24,337 bases of DNA from Planctomycetaceae bacterium (lineage in GTDB: Bacteria; Planctomycetota; Planctomycetia; Pirellulales; Thermoguttaceae). The stretch spans positions 1 to 24,337 of the forward strand of contig JAISQH010000381.1 of the NCBI GenBank assembly GCA_031274385.1, read 5' to 3'. The notes beneath the pieces are model-generated. The model did not search any database. It saw only the letters and a program-made list of their open reading frames with translations, and was not told the origin of the DNA. The first letter of the stretch is position 1. Each line of letters begins with the position of its first letter. The position numbers and the translations under genes are program-made. Below, in pieces: positions 16,201-22,877 of this stretch.

Positions 16201-18640
16201 TATTAAAGAAGGTGAATTAAATATTATAAAAGACCCGGACAATTCAGACAGCGGACGTTTTGTTACTCAAAATGGCAGTTTTGAGATGGCACCCAATACT
16301 GTGTTACGTGTCAATGCCGATTCGGAAAGTCCAACGATTGTTGCCAAATCGGTTACAATTGATCGGGTTGACTTGAATATTGGAGGAATCAGCGGCGATG
16401 ACACAAAAGAATTTATTTTGATTCATACCACTAACGGTATTATCGGAAACTTTAACACCATTAACGGTGACACAGAAAATTCCTACGATTATCTGACCTT
16501 CAATCTCGGTTTTCTGAATAATCGCAACGATTACGGCGGAACCATCGGATTACGTTGGTACAGCAAGGATGACGAATTGAAAGCGTCGGGACGATTTACG
16601 GTGAACGATTATTTCAATGTCGGCATGGAACTGTACGATAATAAAACCAACCTCAGTTCGAACTGGACAGGAACAACACTCGATAAATACGGTCTCGGAA
16701 CTCTTGAACTTTCCGGTACAAATACTTATACCGGTAAAACAACAATTCATGAAGGTGAACTGTTACTGAGCAATAAACAAGGAACCGGGCTTGGCAATGC
16801 GGCGGTTGAAGTACAAAAAAATGCGCGGCTTGGTCTCAACTTTGATGGAACTTATACCAAAAAAATTACCGGTGCAGGACAAGTTGTTCAATACGGCGGC
16901 ACGGTGGAACTCACCAGAGAGAACACCTACACCGGAGGAACCGTCTTGAAAAACGGTATAATGGAGTTCACCGCCAACAATCAGTTTGGAACCGCCGGTT
17001 CCATCACCTTTGACGGCGGAACACTAAGAAACAAGGCTGAAACATCGTTGGCACGGTCAATCGTTATTGTGAACGGTAAAAACGCTCTGTTCGATACGCC
17101 GCTTTTTAATAGTTCCAAAAACTCGTTGGAAATTAAAGGTACAATTAAAGGTAACGGAGGATTGGAAAAAACCGGAGAAGGAATTTTGGCGTTGACCGGA
17201 ACAAATACGTTCACCGGAACATCCTACGTTCAAAACGGCGGTCTGAAAATAGACGGCTCGGTTACTTCCGATGTTCGTGTACAAGCGTTTGCCGCAGTGT
17301 CCGGCACCGGAAGCATCCTCAGTAAAACGGAAGAAAAAACCAGAAACGTGACCGGCGGTGATTTGTTTATTTCCCGTGACGGTTATTTCGATTGGTATTT
17401 TTCGCCACAACAATCTAAGTCGGAACCATTGAATGTTGAAGGTTCCGTCTATCTTGCCGATGGAGCGATTTTCCGTCCAAGAACTGACCCGGACAATAAT
17501 TTTACCGATCAAATTGTCGGCTGGACAGTGTTAAAGTACGGTAAAACACTCGGCGGACAGTTTTCGGCAATTGATGATACTTTTAACCCTTTTTACGATT
17601 TTGAATTGGATTATTCTGTTCCCAATGAAATCCGCGTCAATGGTGAATTATTAACTCATCCGAAAGCACTCGGCGATGTGATTACAACCGGACTTTCGAT
17701 TGCCAATCGTAAATTGTACCGAAAACCATTTGCCGAACTGTTACGGGAAACCATGTACCGCAAAACGGTCAACAGTAACGTTAATGCGACGGTTCGCGGT
17801 CAAGCGATTCAGCCAACCCGATCCATCTGGTTTGCTCCAACAGCCCGTGCCAACCGTTTTGCCAGTACCTTCGTCGGCGGTACTTATGATTTCGAGGCTT
17901 ACGGAATGCAGACCGGTTCGACACTTTGGTCAAATAACAACAGTTCGCTCGGACTCATGATCGGATACGAACGCGGCGCACTTCGCAACCGGCTTGATTG
18001 GATTCGAAGCCATGATTACGAAATCGGTTTGTACTATGGACGCATTTTCCGTACCGGTTCTGAATTTCGTGGTTTTATCGGCGGCGGTTTCCAGACATTC
18101 ACGGCTTCTCGTAACGATACCGTCGAAACCTACATGACAAAATACGACGGCTCCAGTTTTGAAATAAACGCCGAGTTCGGAAAACTCTTTGCCGGTAAAA
18201 ACGGTACGTTATTTCGTCCATATTTTGCAGCAGATATCGAATACAGCGGACAAACAGCGGCACAGGAAAATGAAATCGGTAACGCATTCCGGCATTACGG
18301 ACGGGCTGATCTTTCCCAGTTTTTTGTGCGTTTAGGAGCCGATATCGAAAAACGCTGGCAATACGTCGATCTCAACGGCGGGTTGAGTTATACCGGATTA
18401 TTGTTCGGTCAAACCCGCGCCAAAGCACCAATCTTTTACCCGACACGAGATGCCGGAACAACTTCATACGGCGCACGGCTTGGACGTTCGTCATGGACTC
18501 TGAAAACCGGCTTGAACTGGCACCTGAACCGCCAAAGAATGAATACCATCTTTCTCGATTACTACGCCGATCTGTACATGGATCGGGCAGGTGATACCGT
18601 TCAACACTCAGGAAATCTCGGTATCTTAGTACGATTCTAA
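10223..18640 (+). CDS. Giant type Va autotransporter/adhesin (2805 aa) with Pmp-type repeats
   Basis: Signal peptide, N/G/T-rich beta-helical passenger and GGAI/FxxN repeats. Passenger-associated beta-strand repeats include LDKYGLGTLELSGTNTYTGKTTIHEGEL and LEKTGEGILALTGTNTFTGTSYVQNGGL. An about 270-aa C-terminal barrel starts near 17822 and ends in GILVRF. Confidence 0.92.
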   Translation: MLRRSSILSICFLSFLALFALTAEGQTHIYHIGILPTLENGQPNPAYQPDGTVNGNNYYFDSLQSLKKTFPTYYYFLQKEGSSVELRLYSDQVIPNPSETGDFYSIWTELSTTKNVWITSVGGTKTISIPDNEQADADFLRMNSSNLKVNLNMSNVRIKAGSSTSSNRYATSVFGGNFSAEGVTYFDGGSVFVTNSGNLHSIVNLNGTAFVGNSASPASNDAILSLNNISSVDLSNTTFTDNNAKWQVYVFTDSSTYSSPPNINIQLGATEEGTVSILGNADDSGGGIFLGGNVNSDTSYTVNINGDGDFYQNQKIVTDEQGNYSLIVNKLGSGTWYVADGITNEFKTQGTNTTMNINGGTLEMGKNSGFEVSGNETTFHLTDSTLNMGSDSVFDVQGRTLDVRFENSTLNIGEGSEFKFVSINNWPTPTIYFNESIVNLEKDAVMSLRGDQARFQLVSSLEQSNTLNMGENSKIIVNSENLSDISFAFANVTMGRGSQLITTVDSVGTRTIDFFETTVTLKGNNFVQSQIVGFAGVTFKIDAETLKLSENSQPVLTLNADILGDASATFDIYGVHSNIVHQELARNIGTGTFTINNIIYKVLLDGQTINTILGVPFNNRASAAISGSADSKSLYLDVTFDNKILRWTGMGDNTWDLVTYFNNNSKNWRYEEENSQNFIETGYIFSDAVVFDDLSPRDYTINVLQSGVYISQQNGYLTDIVPNENGDFEQHFVTEYGMRVSGTHNWTFNNGSINDDFNPDPAATFIDQKKHVARLTFDGTGTLRLNNTDANKFHDGLLIGNNISISQMSVARPDSLGSGEYAGEITDIDDPNNNKSGNKYVVQHEGYGIMFVGKGGNIQIDNGNGADGNVLDQRIFVQQGTNGTLAVTDNTQETIVTASDSYYNNRDNFDTPIIHGGVIVVESGATFTMTGNFHFKDNNKFVQQENFDGGVLWAGVGTSVTVNGNSYSKNAARENGGAVYLSGGTNAEGENAKWIASDSLFYNNIAKYGGAVYINDTTNVDLSNTEFKFNGVVVQEILDDDGNPIEVADFNNVITQQGGVIYAKSGSNFVTDNQENGSRFIQNGAVGDGGAIFIGDDTRSSSLAIQNAQFSENVSKTGSGGAIYSTKTKIIGDNTVFDGNIAGQSGGALYVNAVSESEPISLAETTFRNNEAIVSGGAIYLNPAANNAILNISQAYFINNLTHSNDSQGGAIFAGGTGIRINGTRSVFQNNMVGENKTGKGYQGGAVYLGDNGTLNMASSTFQGNRVNVETTESQGGAIYTGTGANITLSNGLLEKNIAYADGGAIYSVGNNNTNNNGTLTINGTNFISNQSENANGGAIFTGYTIINADEAVFSENIADKNGGALFISGVNKETSFIDLKNVQFDQNDAENGSGGAIYLDATGYAAGLPDDNYQLTLDVSGTKFLTNAAQQDGGAIYAKTNTIVNVKTLDNGLAWTVFGVADAKVDEDEITDGNKAERNGGAIYINGEQNQKATSQLDVDGAVFEYNIAGENGGAVYLRYADAEIANAAFTGNIATRFGGGIYYENENGKELKIKNVQFSENQATSGGAVYLVNPTTLNISDTNFSNNQVSGNGDGGAIYFNSGNSTLDITGTTFQNNTATGSGGAVRLQNNSAIKADKVNFSDNKAASGGAVKIGNIADIQIAGSTFYHNVATNGNGGAIEIDDKRTTNLNPDEMNRLNITSTNFSHNISETGSGGAVYVSNAVLNTDSVTFSNNSAAQNGGALYAENSDLNLKNTAFTGNETDQKGSAIYFLTTNNQNREIIRKINLETSDNKSGSFTGNRSNGNIANSIYFDGQGTNVTNILLNVTTGANTILNMTDPMYVDDTNQKIELAIVKNGDGKWSLGGSNDFTKTEIGTTIVVNGGTFELQNGAELLLTNTNIKEDNVTDHFQLNDGATFATVGLTDSASQLRTTSLDFAAGSKMQLGGNLELNIGNDYTISSTLSGNGGFTKEDSRTLNFRGNTNNYNGNVVIKEGELNIIKDPDNSDSGRFVTQNGSFEMAPNTVLRVNADSESPTIVAKSVTIDRVDLNIGGISGDDTKEFILIHTTNGIIGNFNTINGDTENSYDYLTFNLGFLNNRNDYGGTIGLRWYSKDDELKASGRFTVNDYFNVGMELYDNKTNLSSNWTGTTLDKYGLGTLELSGTNTYTGKTTIHEGELLLSNKQGTGLGNAAVEVQKNARLGLNFDGTYTKKITGAGQVVQYGGTVELTRENTYTGGTVLKNGIMEFTANNQFGTAGSITFDGGTLRNKAETSLARSIVIVNGKNALFDTPLFNSSKNSLEIKGTIKGNGGLEKTGEGILALTGTNTFTGTSYVQNGGLKIDGSVTSDVRVQAFAAVSGTGSILSKTEEKTRNVTGGDLFISRDGYFDWYFSPQQSKSEPLNVEGSVYLADGAIFRPRTDPDNNFTDQIVGWTVLKYGKTLGGQFSAIDDTFNPFYDFELDYSVPNEIRVNGELLTHPKALGDVITTGLSIANRKLYRKPFAELLRETMYRKTVNSNVNATVRGQAIQPTRSIWFAPTARANRFASTFVGGTYDFEAYGMQTGSTLWSNNNSSLGLMIGYERGALRNRLDWIRSHDYEIGLYYGRIFRTGSEFRGFIGGGFQTFTASRNDTVETYMTKYDGSSFEINAEFGKLFAGKNGTLFRPYFAADIEYSGQTAAQENEIGNAFRHYGRADLSQFFVRLGADIEKRWQYVDLNGGLSYTGLLFGQTRAKAPIFYPTRDAGTTSYGARLGRSSWTLKTGLNWHLNRQRMNTIFLDYYADLYMDRAGDTVQHSGNLGILVRF
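13148..15466 (+). repeat. Block of 23 GGA(I/L/V) motifs, most preceded by FxxN
   Basis: Counted by eye in the translation from ENGGAVY to QNGGALY; variants GGVI, GGVL, GGGI and GSAI lie in or next to the block. Confidence 0.9.
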
Positions 18641-18698
18641 TTTATGTTGCGCACAAAAACGTAAAGAAAAACAGAAACGTTTTGTGACCGTTCATTTA

Positions 18699-18905
18699 GT
18701 AACGGTCTATTTTTATTTGCGCGCAAAGACGCAAAGAATCAAATGAAGATATTTGTCACAATCTTGTTATCAATTTTATTGGGTGATTTTTTCATTTTGA
18801 ATCAAATTAAAAATAAACACGATCAAAAATAGAACAAGTTGAAACTAACCATGAATTTCTTTGCGTCTTTGCGCGCAATCCTTAAAAAACAAAAGAAACT
18901 GTTAC
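18699..18905. mobile_element. 207-bp second member of the GTAAC...GTTAC element family
   Basis: Perfect 22-bp inverted repeat TTGCGCGCAAAGACGCAAAGAA (18717-18738 / 18857-18878). Right end TTAAAAAACAAAAGAAACTGTTAC matches the 9034-9057 end at 22/24. Lies between convergent stop codons. Confidence 0.75.
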
Positions 18906-18908
18906 GAT

Positions 18909-21900
18909 TTATTCTCCGTTATTGATTGTTTCCGTTTCGCGACCGTACATTTCTGCACTGTAACGGAAAATGGCAAGGAAACCCCAGAGAAGATTTAAGA
19001 TAACGAAAATTCCCAGAAAAAATGTGGCGTTGCTCACCGCACCGCCGCCGTAAGAATGGAGACTGCCCTTGAAAACAAAGTTGATACCGTACCACGTCAT
19101 AATAACCGCAATCGAAGCAAACAAGGCTCCAATCATCACTCCAATCCGTCCGTAAAACCGAGCAATCCGACCATGTAAAACAATAACATAAAAAAAGATG
19201 GTAATCAATGCCCAAACTTCCTTCGGGTCCCAACTCCAAAACCGACCCCAAGAATAATCCGCCCAACGCGCCCCAAGAACCGTGCCAAGAATCAGTAACA
19301 CTAATGCCGATTGAAGCAGCCGGTAAATAATCGGAGCAAACATGTCACAAATGACCGGAAGACGAACATGGGAACGCCCCGCCTGATTTTCGGACAATAT
19401 TTCAGTGTATCGATAACGTCCGAAAATCGCATCGCCAAGACCAACAACCGCCATCCCCCAAGCAACCAACGCCGCCGCATAACTGACAACAATCGCAATC
19501 ACATGAACCGTAAGCCAAAAATTACTTCGTAATAATGCAACAATCGGCTTGATGTCAGGATTAAATTCCGACGTGTTAAAATAAGATGCCAACCCGGCAA
19601 GTAACGTAATAGATGCCGCAACAATAACAAATAATTTCCGATTCAAAATCTGATTGCGGGCTAAAGACAACCAAACAGAACCACTGTTGTCAGTGTTACC
19701 AAGTGCCGCCGTTTCACCCTGAAAAACCGAACTCATCTCACTTCGCCCGGTTTGTTGTAACGGCTGTACGGCTGTCTTTTCCATAGGAGAAACAATGCCC
19801 AACTCCGCCGCCATTCGCGCAGGACGGCATAAAAAAACCGGAACAAGAATCGTTGTCAAAATCAGTTGCGGAACAAACCACACAATTAAGGCAATACTCG
19901 CAACAACAACAATCCAATCAATAAAATCGTTCATTTTCAGCAATTCCAATATCGCAGCCAATATTCCATGTTCATGAGCGTACTCTCCGTACGAAATATT
20001 GACAACAAAAAGAAACGTTAAAAACATCAGAATTAAACGAGGAACAAGCAAGAGCAATTGCCAAATTCGTACCATTTGGTTTAAATGTTCGCGGCGTCCT
20101 TCTTCCGAATCATCAGACGATTTTTGTTGCGACATTCCAATCGGTACGCCGCCGGGAAGTCCAAAATCCGACGCCGCCTGACGAAGAACCGAATGTTGTC
20201 CGCCAAGAACCGATTCTTTTTTGCGACTAAAATTAATTTGAGAAATTTGAGTCAGATCAGGAAATGAAGTATAACGCCACGCTAATTGAATGACCGGATG
20301 AATCAGCGGATACAGTGAATACCAAAGTCCAAATAATGATGCGGAAAATGCCATTAAAACAACGGTTTCATACATGTTCGTCATCGGAGCCCAACCGGTA
20401 ATCCACGCGCGAAGAACCCCGCCAATAAACGTGATAAAAATTGAAAGACCAAGCAAGGCAATTCCCAACCAAAGCATTGACTCTTCCGCCGAATGAGTAT
20501 GATCCGATTCCGAAGAGGATGAATCCGGTAATGGTACGATTTTCTGCGGATTTTGCGAAGGAGTTTTCGGTAACAAAGAATCGCTGATCATTTCACTGCG
20601 GATTTTTCCCATAAATAACGAAATTCCTGAAAAGACAACGGCTCCGGCTGCAAAAATCCACATCCAGAAAAAAGGAGCAAGTTGTTGGTAACGATATTCC
20701 ACATTCAAAGAACCGCGTTGCGGATAGGCTGTTTTACGAACGTATTCGACCATCGACGTATTTTCTTGATCCAAAAATTGTTCCCGAAGACTTTCCGAAC
20801 GATTTGCCGCATTTCGTAACGAGTCCTGAATTGCAGACGCGGCTTCGTTGATACTCCGGCTTCGGTTTGCCGAATACGCCGTCATCAGGCTGATAAAATC
20901 AGTACGAATACGACCAATAAAATCACCTTGCGACGGACGGCTTGCCGAAGAACGCGATTGCAATTGAGAAACATAAGGTTCGTCTTCCATGAACAATTCT
21001 TTTTCCCATTGCTTTTCTCTTGTTGTTTCATTCGGTTTCGATTCTGTTTCCGAAACGGACGTTTCACTGTTTTTTGTACTGTTTTCGTTTTCGTTACCGG
21101 TTTGTTCCGGGTTGGAGTTTGGAAGAACCGGCAACTCCGACTGAATTGCCGCCAACTCCGACTGTATCGCCGCTAACTCCGGTCGTATCGCTGCTAACTC
21201 CGGCGGCATAACCGATGGCACGGAAGTTTCCCGACGAAAATTCGGATCAAAAAACCGCCGGATAAAATCGTCCCCGCCAAAAAGAAGCATCTGCATTGTT
21301 CCCCAAGGTTGAACACCGGACGAACGATTCGAAGCGTCACTGATCGCGGACATTGCGCCGACCGGAAGAACACGCATTGATAATCCGTTATCGTACAGAG
21401 CTAAATACGCCGTCTCCATCTCACGGCGAAGCGTTTTAATGGAATAATAATAATTTAATACAATTCGTACAATAACATCCTTGTTCCGTTCTTTGTTTTC
21501 CGAAGAATGAAGTAACGGAAGTAATTTTGTAACATCCGTACCTTCCTGAGTTTGCCGAAAAACAAGTCCCGGATAAACATTTTCCATCAACGCCTGACTC
21601 TCTTCAAAATTTTCGTCGATCATCCTGAGAAGAAGTTCAAAATGTTTTTCAACCGCCTTGAGATTCGGAGGAACCATTTCTCCATCGTCATTGATCCGGT
21701 CAAATACACCGGATAAAAGACGGATATTTCGTACGATTTCATGCCAACGTTGCGTTGTCGGATGGAGTTTTTGTTCACTTTCACTTTCCTGATCGGAAAC
21801 ATTGAGTTGAATCGACTGGCGAGCCGGTACGTCGCCAAGTTCCAGCAAATGACCCCACGACTCAATCGCAAAAGCATAAGAAGAATTTTGTCCAGCCGAA

Positions 21901-22751
21901 AGATCAATCGCCTGTTGCAAAAAATCAATCATCCGGGTCGGACGCAATCGTCGCGGATGAAACGTTAATTCCTGATAAATTGTCATGGCTGCGGAAATTC
22001 GTTCGGTAATCTGATCGTATTGGATCGGAACTTCCGCATTTCTTCCCCGCCTCCGTTCCAGATCGGCAAGCCGTTGCTGAAACCATTGCGACTGCTTTAA
22101 TTGAAACACCGCAACCCGCTGCAATGCCGTCCGTACATTATTTTGAAGCGGAACATTAAGAACATCCGTACGATAATCATTTTCCGGCGCCCAAAAAATC
22201 GGAATGTAATCCCAGATTTCCGGTTCTCCCAACCAAGAAAGAATTAATTCATTCGGCTCGAAATAACGTCCCTCCGGCGGTAACAACGCCCGAATCCGTT
22301 GATAAATCAATTCCGCCTGACTCGATGTCATTCCGCGAATCGCCAACGCCGCAGACGCCGTTTGCTCCGATACCGTTTCCCGCGAACTAACTAATCCTGT
22401 ATCAAAATCTCCCAAAAGATCATTGCCGCGAATCAAAAATCGGTACGATTCCGGCGTTTCTTCACCCGATGCCGAACTTGCGGCATCTTGACTCTTTTTG
22501 CTTTTAGGTTGGGACTCAATCACACGGTTCAACTCCGCCAGAATCGTATCATCCCGAACAAGAAACGGACGCGAACTTCCACAAATTTCCGTAACAACCC
22601 GTTTGGAAAACGAATTTAACGGCATCACCCGACCACCGTCAAAAACCGGTGTCGTTCCCCAAGTTCGACCGCTTTGAGCCAAACCGGTTGCCGAACAATA
22701 AAACGTCGCGAAACAAATCGTAACAATAAATGAAATTCGATAAAATGTCAT
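18909..22751 (-). CDS. ccsA: Cytochrome c biogenesis protein CcsA/ResC (system II heme exporter/lyase) with a large N-terminal extracytoplasmic domain, 1280 aa
   Basis: WWD motif WADYSWGRFWSWDPKEVW; conserved His in WLTVHV, VLHGR and LHSYG; APMTNMYET; N-terminal signal peptide. Confidence 0.92.
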   Translation of the reverse strand: MTFYRISFIVTICFATFYCSATGLAQSGRTWGTTPVFDGGRVMPLNSFSKRVVTEICGSSRPFLVRDDTILAELNRVIESQPKSKKSQDAASSASGEETPESYRFLIRGNDLLGDFDTGLVSSRETVSEQTASAALAIRGMTSSQAELIYQRIRALLPPEGRYFEPNELILSWLGEPEIWDYIPIFWAPENDYRTDVLNVPLQNNVRTALQRVAVFQLKQSQWFQQRLADLERRRGRNAEVPIQYDQITERISAAMTIYQELTFHPRRLRPTRMIDFLQQAIDLSAGQNSSYAFAIESWGHLLELGDVPARQSIQLNVSDQESESEQKLHPTTQRWHEIVRNIRLLSGVFDRINDDGEMVPPNLKAVEKHFELLLRMIDENFEESQALMENVYPGLVFRQTQEGTDVTKLLPLLHSSENKERNKDVIVRIVLNYYYSIKTLRREMETAYLALYDNGLSMRVLPVGAMSAISDASNRSSGVQPWGTMQMLLFGGDDFIRRFFDPNFRRETSVPSVMPPELAAIRPELAAIQSELAAIQSELPVLPNSNPEQTGNENENSTKNSETSVSETESKPNETTREKQWEKELFMEDEPYVSQLQSRSSASRPSQGDFIGRIRTDFISLMTAYSANRSRSINEAASAIQDSLRNAANRSESLREQFLDQENTSMVEYVRKTAYPQRGSLNVEYRYQQLAPFFWMWIFAAGAVVFSGISLFMGKIRSEMISDSLLPKTPSQNPQKIVPLPDSSSSESDHTHSAEESMLWLGIALLGLSIFITFIGGVLRAWITGWAPMTNMYETVVLMAFSASLFGLWYSLYPLIHPVIQLAWRYTSFPDLTQISQINFSRKKESVLGGQHSVLRQAASDFGLPGGVPIGMSQQKSSDDSEEGRREHLNQMVRIWQLLLLVPRLILMFLTFLFVVNISYGEYAHEHGILAAILELLKMNDFIDWIVVVASIALIVWFVPQLILTTILVPVFLCRPARMAAELGIVSPMEKTAVQPLQQTGRSEMSSVFQGETAALGNTDNSGSVWLSLARNQILNRKLFVIVAASITLLAGLASYFNTSEFNPDIKPIVALLRSNFWLTVHVIAIVVSYAAALVAWGMAVVGLGDAIFGRYRYTEILSENQAGRSHVRLPVICDMFAPIIYRLLQSALVLLILGTVLGARWADYSWGRFWSWDPKEVWALITIFFYVIVLHGRIARFYGRIGVMIGALFASIAVIMTWYGINFVFKGSLHSYGGGAVSNATFFLGIFVILNLLWGFLAIFRYSAEMYGRETETINNGE
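21133..21202 (-). repeat. In-frame 21-nt tandem repeat (about 3.3 copies) encoding PELAAIR/PELAAIQ/SELAAIQ/SEL
   Basis: AACTCCG recurs at 21133, 21154, 21175 and 21196. Confidence 0.9.
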
Positions 22752-22877
22752 AAAATTCTCATCAATAAAATAAATAAAATGAAACGAAAAAACAGCTGAA
22801 TAACATCAACAGTTTTTCGTGTTACCTTTGTGATTTTCTCGTGGTGAAATACTTAGGTATTGTTACGATTTTCAAGG

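Noticed and set aside
18693-18911. ATTTA on both sides of element 2 as a target-site duplication
   Set aside because: It is offset by one base on the right, absent at element 1, and common in AT-rich DNA.
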